Assembly: GCA_973895155.1 (NCBI GenBank)
Contig: OZ316898.1
Location: 7,861,079-7,925,078 of the forward strand
DNA length: 64,000 nucleotides
From: Marsupella aquatica
Taxonomy: Eukaryota > Plantae > Marchantiophyta
Reading direction: 5' to 3'
The translations under genes and the position numbers were made by a program. This document shows positions 47,912 to 60,223 of the stretch, in pieces; positions within the stretch are counted from its first letter, which is position 1; every line of letters begins with the position of its first letter. The notes beneath the pieces are model-generated. The model worked only from the letters and a program-made list of their open reading frames with translations. It did no database searches and was not told where the DNA came from.

Positions 47912-50900
47912 TTACCATATATACACAGTTACTGGTGCAATGTACGTCATAGTGGAAAGTATGTACCTTGTCGATCTAGTAGTCAGTGTTCTCAAGAGCT
48001 TTACAATATTCTCGTCATTGCGGAGTATCTGACGTGAAAATGCATGATTGCCAGAGTTTAGGATTTTAGGTACCAAAACAAATAAAAACTTGTGCAGCAT
48101 GTAGGAGGTTATAAGTAGTGAGACCCGTAAGGTCCTAACCCCAGATCTCCAGCTATGCTTTTCTCATTGAGATGCTGCATATTTTTCTCAATGACATCCT
48201 TCTCCTTGCTACTGCCCTATTGGATGAAAGTCTAGCTTTAATTAGCGCAGACAAGGATGCATCTCTTTTGCATTTGAAGGACATCTATCAGGCCTAACCA
48301 ATCAACTTCTGATCATGCCCTCGACCACGCCTATTCGTCGAAACCCATCCACTTGCCAGTAACTGCAATTCTTCACTTTATTAATTAATGGAGTAGCTCA
48401 CATGAAGAATTAAGGTATCTCACTGAATGCAACATTAGATTCTGTTTGTGAGTTTGTACCTGAGCTTTGAACATTTTTATTTGTTGATTTTGCTGATTCA
48501 TTTGCTCTTCCAGCTCAAAAACTCTTCCTGATTGAGCTTGAAGCATGCCTTCTGTTACTCTATATTATAGCAACATCAAATGGTCTTCAGTTGACCACAA
48601 ACAACACTTTCTAGTTGCTGACAGTGAAGAAAATTGATAAAGTCCTCAGCATTTTCAAAGGCGCCCTTATGGACTTTCATTTTTTTGAACTCCGAGCTCT
48701 TCTTCTGGAAGTAACAACTATCATGTTAAAAGGGCAACTTTAATAGATCACAAGTGACTTGAGGTGCATATGCAGTATTAGGATATACCAGCAAGACCCA
48801 AGCGTGGCAACTTGAAGTTACCAAAGTTTCTTATTACATCAAGAGCAGTGTTTGTCCTACTCACTTTTTTTGTTCCTCCAGTTTACTGCTGTGAAGGTCC
48901 CGTTCTTTTATCCAAAATTGATATTCTTTGCTCATGGTCTCCACATCCTCCTGAACACCAAAACAATAGAGAGGATTGTCCCACAAGCCTTCTAAGCATT
49001 TCAGTTTTAGAGTAAGGAAACAAGTTTGTAGGTTATTGCTCAAGCACTTTATGGGAACGCAAACATTAATTAACAGCATCAACATGTCTTTTTTATCAAA
49101 TATAATAATAATGTTTAGCAAATTTAGACATTGAGTGGCTTTCAAGTCAAAGCAGCTGATTTTGATGGGCTGTTACTTCTTCAAGTTGAGGTACATGAGC
49201 TCTATCAAATTCTATCAAAGTCAGGATGAAAAAGACCTGGAGATAGTCCATTGATTTCCCTAGCGGATTTGCTGTCTGGCACAAGGTTTGGACTGCTTCT
49301 TTCAGCTTTTGAATCTATGGTGCACACCACCACAAAACAAAAACAGGCTTATCTAAAGAAGCTGCAATTGCACATTTTGGTTGTTTTTGCACAGTACTGG
49401 TTGACGCATCCAAACTCAAATGTTGGATAGAAGTGTCTTGGAGAAATCCAAGCTATACTATACAAGATGGTTTGCTATGCTTGCATGTCAATAAACATGC
49501 TTTGAATATTGGGATGGCAAGGATACATCAGGCTAGTACTCCATGGGAAAATAATAATAATAATAATAATACCTCCTCTGCTTTAGTTTGCTTTTCCTCT
49601 TTCTTGTCAAAGCTTCCTCTTATTTGACCAAGAATTATTCCCGTTTGCCCATCCCTCTCTGCAACACTTTCCTGAAAATAAAACAAAATACGGCAGTTGA
49701 ACACTACCATGAGTTATGAGGAGCTGTCTGGAAATCATCTACCATGATCCCCACATGATGCTTGAACTACTTATTCTTCAGAGGTTTAATTCTAACAAAT
49801 TGAAGTGCCTTCAAGTACTGGAGATAGTCAACAAGGAAACACAATATCACTGGAACTCGGTGGGATGAATCTTCAGTCAATCCCATTCTTATATGAGATC
49901 TAGATAATGGCATCTGTGAAAATGGACATGGCAGAGGGAAGGAAGTATGGAAGAAGATACCTCATCTTCAAACTTCTCTTTGCTCCCTAAAATGTCATGG
50001 ACAAGTCGTTCTGCTCCCTTGATGCTAAGTGTAGTCTACAAACACATGAACAATAGACATTTCATCACGAGCACAGTTGTTCTTAAGTTTTCTCAAACTG
50101 AGTCTTCTTACAAATGAAATTTGGCGACCACATCAAACCTGAGAAACACTATCTAAATGAAAAAGTTGATTGGAGGTTTTGTGGCGTTTCCTTGCTGACT
50201 ATCTCCAGTACCTTTTGGCAATCAGTATCCAGAACTAGCAGGGGTTTGACCATATAGTGAAGTAATTATTGAACTAAGGATGTAGGTCCAGGTTCAACCT
50301 CTTGGACGACTTGAGGTGGGAGGAGAATGGGCATATCATCGTGCTCATCTTCATCCTTCAATTCATTGTCAAGTAGAATATTGGGTTTTCTACCACTCTG
50401 CATCCTAAAACAAAGCAACATTCTCCGTAAGTAAGCCATTCCTGCTTCAACTGTCTTTGAGCTGGTTGCTCCAATATCTCAAATATAACTTACTTTTTAG
50501 TATGCTAACAAAACACACAGTTTGCAACACTTCTTAATCAAGGATGATACTTGTCATATGTCAACAAACATACGCTGAAGTTGGCCTCTCCATACTTGTT
50601 CCTTGCATAAACTTAGCCCCTCCCTGCTCATCAGGACGTATATAAGATCCAATGTCAAGTTCTGGTGACATTTTGGGAGAAAGCCTTAGTAATGTCTTTC
50701 CTTGTTGGATCCTAGCATCATTCATCTTTCTTCCAAACCATGCTAAAAAGTGCTCATATGGGTGCTGGTATAATCTCAATGCTCAAATACTTTTGATGGA
50801 TTATAGCAGCTTAGTTGCACAGAACTGTCATTAAAGATCTAGTGATTCAACTGGACAAAATGTCCCAAGCCAGGAGAATCACAAATAATTCCATTACCTT

Positions 50901-53900
50901 TTCAAAACTGCATCTTGCAGTTGGAGGAGCTTTCCTTGCAGAGAGTGGCCTTGGTTCCACTTTGGGCGCAACTCTGTCAACCATAGGAGGTGTCTTTTCT
51001 CGTAGTGTTGCATTATCTGTGCGCTTTTCATCCCTTGCACTAGTATCCATCAAGACTAGAGGGGCTTCTACAAGATCCACTATACTACATAAGTAACTTT
51101 GTTGGAAAGGTAAATATGATATATATACTCAGTGACTGCAATTACCCACCACCACAGAACCCTCCACTAGAAGCCAGGGCAAATTAAACATCGTATTGTG
51201 GATCAAATCATGTAAAAGTTTCTTGTACTCGGCTTGCACTAGTTTTGCACCTAATATTGAACATGAACATGCACAAGTTCAGCCAAGCATTAGTGTCAAA
51301 GAAAATACTATTGTACCTTGACAAGTTGGTGACCTGACAGACATATTGACCTCCCCCTGCTTCTGGAAGATTGCTTTTGCTTCATCTTCAGAATCATCAT
51401 TGATATCCCCTGATGGAGCAAGAGGATGGGTGAATTGGCTTATGTTTTGTTGCATTCGTGATTGGTGAATCAAGGGAGAAACATTTAATAACGGCTCTTC
51501 ATAATACTATGAGAGTAGAACAACATGACTACTAATTCTATGTTGACATACCTACCATTTTTTATAAGTGCAGCATTGGATGACCTTGCTTCCTCTGCAT
51601 TGCAAGAGATTGTGTGAGGCACCACATCTGAAGGGGATGGTTCCCTCATGCCACCGCTCTTTGATGTTGCACTCCCAAATTTGGATTGTTGGTTTCCTGC
51701 AGATCTGCTTACTGTAGGCTCATTGTGATGTCTCCTTGTTGCTGAAATCTCTTTGGAACCTGTTTTATGATTATCAGAGGACATGACTGACTGCTGTTGC
51801 AATTGAGAACTTTTTGGGTTTGACATATTTCCGTGTAAAGTTGTAGATTGTGATTCATGCATCTGAGAAGATTTGGCAGGTGACTTTGAGGATACTCCAT
51901 TGGTAGGACTAGCTTGCTTGGATGACTTCTTTGAAACTTTTGGCAATTTATCTCGTTGCTCTAAAGACCCACAGGAATTTTGTTCAAATTTTGAACCAGG
52001 TATTCCACAGGAGGGTGTTGTCTCTAACGGTACATTAATCTGTTCTCTCTTTGTGTTTTGGGTCAAGGCCTTTTTTGTGGGGCTATGGTGTTTTGTTGTT
52101 GTGGAATATTCTTGAGATGCTTCTAGAGGTTGTTGCAGCGGTAGAGGAGATTGAGAAAACCTTGGAGACATCATTTCTTTCAACCTGGAAGACAACAGAA
52201 GAGAATAATTTCAAATTCTTCTTCATGTAAGTCTGTTCAAATTCAAAAACAACTTTGGTTTGTACAATATGGGAAAGAATGGGAGCAATGTTTAAGAATA
52301 GAAGCAAAAATATATTTCCTGTAGAAATCAGCCAAGCTGAACTGAAACATCAAAGAGCTTGAATCGTTTTAAATCGATGAGGCTCATTTTGGTGGATTGC
52401 AATAGAAGGAACCCAATTTGCTTCTGTTGCAATCCACCAATTTGCTCAAGCCATTTTGCCGACTTGAACATAAAATAGCAACAACAGAGGTAGGCAAAAT
52501 GGCTAGTAACAATGACATTGATTTTATATTTTTGCAAAACTAGCCAGAGTGCCTTTTTGAGCAAAAATAGACGTGGGGACATTCAGAGCCTACCGTGCCA
52601 CAATCCCTGTTTCCCACCCCACCCAACTTCAGTAAATTGCACCCCAGTCCCAGTCATGGTCTAGAGACTTCACTCTAGACCATAGGCCCTGAAAATAGCT
52701 TCAGATTGCAACTATATGGCTAGATTTAATTCTTGAACTTCGTGAGAATTTGACCTTATTGAAGCAAGTAACTAAGTATAAGCTCAAGTTTGATACTAGC
52801 ATGCAGGTGTGAGAAAGGGATCCCTTGAATCGAGGAAGCTTTTGTGAATCAGAGATGGACCACAATTATAAAAGACAAATTTGCAGGCCAGGTACATACA
52901 ATTGAATCCACTGAGTTCCTCCTTGACCAGGTGGAGGTTGCTTCCCTCCTGCTAGCACGCTGGTCACTGCTCTATTGGATGCTTCTTTGTCCAACATGGT
53001 GGCAGCTGCTAGCATCTGCCACACCCGAACCATTCTCCATGAAAACATTTTCTAATTAGGACTATATTTTCTCTTTCCCCAGTTTTTGAGTAAATTGCAC
53101 CTTAAGTGTCATGGCTTTGATGTGTCTATTCAGGAGAAGGAGTTATTTACACTCATTCAACCAAGGGATGCCTGTGTCAAGACTGGAAATTGGAGCCTTC
53201 AATGAATGCATCTCACCTTACTTGCAACTAATATGACTGCAATTTAATTCACTTTTGGGACACTAGCTTTGTTTGTGAGGCACCCATAGTTTAAGGACAA
53301 AAAGGTCAATGCCTGGAGAAAGGTGTTGGTTTGCTCAGGCTCCAATCCTGCAATGATCTACAAGGGCACAAATGTCAGCCAATGGAGCTGAATTTGACAT
53401 GGTCCACATATTGGATTCTGCTCATTTTTGTGAAAACAATTTTTGGCTTGCTCTTAGGAGGGATGGGCAACAAGGATGAATGGCTGAGAGAAACAGCAAT
53501 GCTCAACAAGAGGTTAATTTGTTTTATATCCACTTAAAATAATGTTTTTTGGTGGGTGGCACTGCAACACCCTTTTAAGCAGGAAAGATTGTGTGCAATG
53601 ACATTTACCTTCAATGGCCGTGCAGGAACACTAGCACGGAGAGTGATCCCAACACAGTCAATGATCTTTTGTAGGTACATAACTTTGCTTTCTTTGTCCT
53701 GCAAAAGAAAAATAAAGTTGGAATCAGCCTTACAATAGCTCTTGTTAGTGGATTGTTCCAAAGTATATAAAGCTCGCATTCCTTTCATGAAGAAGAATGA
53801 AAGGTACGTAAATTTGAGACCAGATTTGTTTAAGCACTCACTGTGGGATGTTGATGTCTTCATCTAATTCAGTTTTATTGGAAGGAGTTTCACCTTTATA

Positions 53901-54700
53901 TTGGTTGAGGTAAGCTCCTCACGGGTGTATAGTCCCTTTGCATATCCAGTCTGGCGGCATGCCTGTTACATAGAACGACCAAAGCAAAAGCACCAAAACA
54001 AAGTTAAGCAGCTCATATGGACATAATAGAAACTTCAGCATAATATTGATCAGTATGCAATAAAGATGCGACAGAACATCATCCATACATCAGTTAATTA
54101 AACCCCCAACAGCTAGATAGATCATTCTACTTTGTCATTTTCATGAGGCAATGCACAAACTTCATCTGGTTTGGCAACCTTTCAGATTTCTAGAACATTT
54201 TAGAACTCATCGAGATCAATGATTTGTCAATAAAATCAAGCATATAATGAAATTGATATACACTCTTGGCTTCCATGCAGTAGGTCTTCAATGTAAACAA
54301 TTGTTTGGTGACAATACATTTGCGTTACATAGCATCCTTTTTTGTTTGAGTTTGCACAGCAGACTTTGGAAACCATCATTAAGTACAACAAAGAGAGTTG
54401 TTTGGTTGCATCAAAGTAAACCCCCAATAAAAGTTGCAAAATTCAGGCAAGTATGCTTCGAACTCGTTGAGAGTGCTTTGCTACCATGTGTAATTCACTG
54501 AAAACTTCAATCTGATGTCCAATTGATAATCGAAATTTATTAGGTAGAAGAGATAACGAGAGATTGTACACCTCCGAAATGACATCATGCAAGAAGCGAA
54601 AAGGAGGCTTCTTGAGGAGTGCATCGGTCAACTTGGGGCGTTTCACTATGGGAATCTCTCCTTGTAGCACTCTTTGGGTGGTCTCCCAATATTCACCCAT
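47912..54700 (-). CDS. IFT54: Intraflagellar transport protein 54 (TRAF3-interacting protein 1 / MIP-T3), multi-exon
   Basis: Start MGEYWETTQ at 54700. CH-like domain RPKLTDALLKKPPFRFLHDVISE, TGYAKGLY, DKESKVMYLQKIIDCV, PARPLKIIAGLEPEQTNTFLQ. Central RPLSARKAPP. C-terminal coiled coil LCQTANPLGKSMDYLQEDVETMSKEYQFW...ILRNDENIVKLL. The exact 3' end and several middle exons are uncertain. Confidence 0.9.
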
Positions 54701-55039
54701 CTCCGTTGCCAAACTCGGGGAATCCTGCCCTTCCTATTCTCTCCTTCGAGGAATTTATTCAATCTCCTTTCTGTATGACAAATGCGATCTCCAATTCAGA
54801 AGAGAATCATAGCCTAGACATACTAGAAACTTCAGCAGTAAGCTACACATTTTTCCACCACATTTCTAACGAGTACATCTTCCTCCCTCTCATCGAAGAT
54901 TAATTCTCTTAGTTTGCATGCATATGCCACTTCCCACAAATTGTGATTCTCTAATGTTTCAAGGTGTTAATCATTGAAGCACACGAGAGGCTTAGAGTAT
55001 TTTAAGAGTGGACTACTTTAATACTTGCAATTGAACACC

Positions 55040-56900
55040 TTCCTAACGGGGCATCGATTTATGTGCATTTATGGACATGTGAGTCCAAGCAATGTGCATG
55101 TACACCCAAATGCTATGCCGTATTTTGATGGTTGTACTATGCAGATTCTGGAAGGACAAAAGGATTGAATGTACAGTTATTCCTTCTTGGGCAACTGTAC
55201 CAGAATGTTGTGCCCCGAAGAATCTCCCACCATTGTTCCGTGTATCAAAGGTGAGATGGCACTTTGTCATCGAGAAGTGGATGACTAACAGGGCGAGTCT
55301 AGGTGTGCAGCGTTGCCCTAAAACGAAAAATGTTAATGTTCGACCTCCACGATTTGGTAAGAGTATGACAGCTCCGGAGTGAAGGGAGCTATATTTTTGG
55401 TAAAGTTGCAGGTCACTGCGAGTGTTCCCATCGGTGACAGCCAAGCTGTAGATGATGGCCGATGACCCTTGACAACCGAGGTAGAGTGTATTGAGCTGCT
55501 TGTGCCCATTGTGAAGAGGCCAAACGCTCTGGAACAATGTTCAAATCTCCTAAAACATGCCAGGAATATTGGCCATGCTTCTTTCACTTTGCTTGGTGAG
55601 CAAAGACGAGGACAAATTTCAAATCCGATAGATGTTAGATTGACTCTTCTGTCAAAGTGGGGTTCCATAAGTACTTTCTTGGACGGTAGATGGTCGATCG
55701 GTTGGCTGAGAATTCGTCAATTGAATTGGGGCACCTTCACAGTTGGAATGCAGTTGGTACATATCAACTGTACGAGAGGAAAAACAGAGGGAATCAAAAG
55801 TTGGGAAACCAAATTTGCCAAACCAACAAAAAGTCCTGGTGATCAAGAAGTAGGAAATAGTTCTTCCTTGGATTTCTAGGGGTTTCAATCACCGACTACG
55901 GTTTCTCATGCACAGTGGGATGGGTCTCCCCATGTATGCGTGGATGACATGTCCCACAGGGATGGTTTAGATCTGATCACCGAAGGATGCATATAGTTTG
56001 AGGTATCCATCATGTTGCGAAGGGATAGCATGGGCAATTTCGAACCAAAAGTAAGCGTCCAATTTCTGCAGTTCTAAACATTCGGATCAAGATTTGTTTC
56101 AAACAAATTTGAATATGGCGTTGAAGAGCATGGGACCTTGGTTTTAGAGCCCGAGAGCAGATACCGGACCCTTGGGGCTGGACAGTAATATCTAATAGGC
56201 CTACTCCTCCCTTCCCGCTGTGAGAAAAGTATCGTCAAACTCCCTGGGTGCCTTTAATGGATGTGTATTGCACTCCAAATGAATTCAATGATCGGATGTT
56301 AGAGCTCTTTAAGCTCCCTAGCAATCTTTGGAACAAGGTGAGAGTGTACGAAATTCAGGCAGCAAGAATGTCATTAGCACTGAGAATTCTACCTTGCAAT
56401 GTGAGAATTTTGGTAGCCCAGTTTTGTAGCGACCGTTGCTGAAGCTTGGTAACCAACTCTGCATGAATATTTCGCACGTCCATGCCTTGTGAAAATGCAA
56501 GCCCAGGACGTTTCAATAGTTGGTCTTGATCTTTCTAGTGCCAAGCTAGTACGTCCAGTTCTTGCAGCTCGGGTGTCGAAAAATTCCAGCATGCATTCTA
56601 ACTTTTGCCATTGTATCACTAGGCCAGTTGCATCCTAGTAAGGTTGAAGTGGTACCTTGGTGTTATGCAGAAAGGTGTCGGCTTCGAAAGTGAGATGTGT
56701 ATGATCAGCCGATCTAGATGTAAGTTTCAGATAAGGAGTCCCTGAAATCAAATCTTTTCTTCGCGCATCTTGAACAATTGAGTGAGAGCTTTTGCCACAC
56801 AAAGAACAATTAGAGGGGTTAGTGGACTTCCATGGATGAGGGACTGCAAAATTGGGGTTTAATGGAGGGATCTTTTGCAGGGTGGGTATCTCGTTAGAAA
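55040..56900 (-). mobile_element. Heavily decayed LINE (L1/Tx1-type) ORF2 3' fragment
   Basis: Broken minus-strand frames give HGSPLTPLIVLCVAKAL (cf. RQGCPLSPxLF), SADHTHL (cf. FADDT), NWATKILTLQGRILSANDILAA (cf. W..K.LS..GR..L.N) and CPRLC...IFLAC (zf-RVT-like), in the expected order. Confidence 0.6.
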
Positions 56901-57681
56901 AAAATAACCACACCACGAATAACACAAAAGGTAGGGATGTGAAGTAATGGGACATGTTGGCAAAATATCCTGCATCCCCAAACAACTAAAACGGGCAAAC
57001 AAAACTAAACCTTCACAATCACCTCACACTCACGAAACGGTTAGGCTGGAGAGGATGCAGACAACCCTCTAGGTCTGAAGTTCAACTCCCCCCTCGTCCC
57101 TAAACTGTGTGTTAGTGGGGGAAGTGTCGATCCCCAAGTTAATTCAGAGAAGAAAAAAGGACCCAACCAAGATGCAATAAAAACCCAAGAAACAAATAGG
57201 CCAAATAAGCGTTCAAGGATACAAGGGATGACAGCAAAATGAACCCGAAAATACCATAAAGCGAGTAGGGCAGGGAGATTTTACTAGCAACTGTAGCTAA
57301 CGTAGCAAGGTGTTTAGTGGCTGAGCTGTCTACAACAATTTAATCGAGGACGAGAGTGCCCCAGCTAATTATCATGTCATTCACACCTCCCGCACCCTAA
57401 TTCATGCTCCAGAGACACTACTCGTCTTCGCTGTTTACTAACAATGCAACGACTAAGTTTCGACATTCTGAACATTTACCGGAGGATCAACTCCAACGCC
57501 TGGTGAAATTCACATTTCGTAACATATGTACAGATCACGTCCTCTACAAAATGGGACCATATACTGCCGAGGGTACTCAACAGCTGCATTCCATCACCGC
57601 AGTTATCTTTACGTACGGGAGTCAACAGATGCATGCTAAAAAGACATCAAAAATTATGATAAAATCAGGGGATGTACTCTT

Positions 57682-58443
57682 TCAAGAGGAAAGAACCCTT
57701 TTCAAAAATGCCTGAATCGTGTCTGCTGCCTTTCTCTCCATCTCAGCATGCGTCAGGGCACTCTTCTTCAAAGCAGCTACCCCAACCTTGAAACTATGGT
57801 CTCCACCCTCTACGGTGTACAACTCATTCTGCACTGAGATTTTCCTTCTCACCTGCTCCAGTTTATCCAGTGGGCACATGGAGTCTTTGGTACCCTGAAC
57901 AAACAGCACAGGAGCTCGCAACTCCAACAGAGTTTCCTCTCGAATTTTCCCATTCATTCCCTTCAGTGGATACCCCAAACACACAACAGCTGCCACATTT
58001 GAGTCTTCCTGCCCAGCAACCATGCAGCCTACCCTGGATCCCATAGATTTACCGACAAGCACGACTGGATGCCCAGGATGCTTCTTGGTAGCCTTCAGAA
58101 CCTGTGCCACATGCGGGTCAATGAGTTTCTCAGCTTTGGGTGGTGCCCCTTTCTTTCCACCAGACAAATAAGGATAATCAAATGTGATGACTTCCACTGC
58201 ATTGGTTGCCTTGGCGAGCAGCTGCTTCCATCTGACCATCCATTCGTGCTTGGAGTTAGCCCCAGCCCCATGTGCAAACACAATCACCGGCTGTCCGCAC
58301 CTCTCCTCTGAGGCGTCGCCATTACCTTCCTTGAGCTCCGATGATTTTCGCCTCTTCGGAGCAGCAGTTTCCAAGATCGGCTCCTCAGCACCAGGAGTGG
58401 CAGCAGGAGCAGGTTTACGTCCCCTCTTCTTACTGGGAGCCAT
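57682..58443 (-). CDS. Single-exon alpha/beta hydrolase, KANSL3/Tex30-like
   Basis: Start MAPSKKRGRK at 58443. VFAHGAGA, nucleophile elbow GKSMG, CLGYPL, FVQGTKD, GGDHSF (Ser-Asp-His triad). Confidence 0.88.
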   Translation of the reverse strand: MAPSKKRGRKPAPAATPGAEEPILETAAPKRRKSSELKEGNGDASEERCGQPVIVFAHGAGANSKHEWMVRWKQLLAKATNAVEVITFDYPYLSGGKKGAPPKAEKLIDPHVAQVLKATKKHPGHPVVLVGKSMGSRVGCMVAGQEDSNVAAVVCLGYPLKGMNGKIREETLLELRAPVLFVQGTKDSMCPLDKLEQVRRKISVQNELYTVEGGDHSFKVGVAALKKSALTHAEMERKAADTIQAFLKRVLSS

Positions 58444-60223
58444 CCAAAAGCTTTCTCTCTCCCAACAGAAGTCAACCAAACGGAACCAGGACGAGGCCCA
58501 GAGCAATCACCAGAAAAGTAAAACAGAGGTCGAGAAACGAGATTTGAGCGACAAAGCATAAAGCTAATCAGGGCTCCAAAGGCCTAAGGAACTCTGCAAT
58601 CAACGCAAGAGAGCTCCTATCACACAAGGGTTGACCACCTGGGGCGAGACAAGGGATGCTTGCTGAAGAAGCTTGTTTACTCTTTTGCCACATCCTGCTC
58701 ATTGCATGTTTGATCAGGGCAATCAAGGCAGGTTGCCAATGACGCTTGCTTAATTGTGGGTCACGCCTTGGCCATGATAAAGCATTGTACTTTGTAAGTA
58801 CAGTAAATTGGTCCCTTTTCCCCCAAACTGTAGAATATATCACCTGAACTCAAGTGTTTGGGGGCATTTCTTCATACATGATGCTCAGTACAACCTTTCA
58901 AAATTTGTCCAGAAATTTGTTATGCTTGAATGAAATTATGAATGTGATAGAAATTAAGTTGTGGGGTACTCCTTCTCCCTCATAGAAATTCTTAGTATTC
59001 ATATAATCTATGTCAATCTAGTACACATCAGTCATGCAATATTTGAATTTTCAGATAGTGAACACCAGTTTAGATGAATTGAGGCTCCCATAGATCACAC
59101 TGGTGGACAAGATGCTCTGATGGACAATCTCAGCTGGCACAGATCACTTTGAAATGTTAAGTCTTGGTCAGATGGCACCTTTCCTATGTATAAATGTTAG
59201 TATTTTTTTTATATCAAAAAGCACTTGGTCCATTGGAGTCCGGAAGTCAAAGTATTGGTCCATCTGTGTATCATCTATCTACTTCTTTAATGAAATGCCC
59301 ATTTGGTCAATGGAACATATCCAAAGCTAGCCTTTGGATTGCCCGCATTTTGTTCATTTTCCCCATCAGTTGTTGTCTTAGTGTCCTTGTTGTAGTTTCA
59401 GTTGCATCCCTTTTGGGGGGAAAACTCAGGATCAATGACCAGTTACATTAAAACATCTCTGAAGTGTACAATCTAAGAGTATGCCCATTAGCGTGGTATG
59501 CAACTTAAATAATTTGGAGCTGATCCAGAAGGTGCAAATATTTTGTTTTGAAAAGCTGGAAGACCAAGCCTACCAGAGTCTTTGCCTACATTTTCAGCAA
59601 TTCAATACTCCAGAAGTTGAGCAGTAAAATAATTCAATTGTGGTTGCACTCAGATGCATTTATGGCATCCTCAACTCAAGATCAAGGTTGCAAATCACAC
59701 TAATAACTGGCTTATCACCACGTACTGACATGGTTCCCTTTTCTATGGTTTTAGATTACGTATATTTCGTTTCTTGCACTTTGCTTTTCCGTCTGGTTTC
59801 TTGTTTTAGAACACACATTCTAAGACATTCTATCTTATTTAGATATTGAATGGAATTGAAACTCCCCGATCTGCTAGAGGCTGTGGAGGTTTTACAATCT
59901 TTGCCCACATGTATCCTCTTACTTTCTCAACTGTCCAAATGCCAGGACTCATGATATACAATACTTGTGCAACGTCCTGTCTTTCTTGACAGGCATATCC
60001 TACTTCGTAAGCTAATTAACTCGAATGGGCAGGCACGCGCAGGCTCCTAATTCTACCACCGTGACCTCAATGTACACTAGATGCTCGGAGGGAACACTTC
60101 TACACTCACGAATTGTTCTATATACAGCCATCACCGGATATTCAGAGGATCTCAGAGTCAGGCAGTGAAGTTAAAGAGAAGACCAAGACGTAACCATGGC
60201 AACGTACTGGTTCTCTTCGAATA

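Noticed and set aside
57040-57100. B-box-like GTTCAACTCC suggesting a tRNA or SINE
   Set aside because: No cloverleaf, convincing A box or TSD was found.
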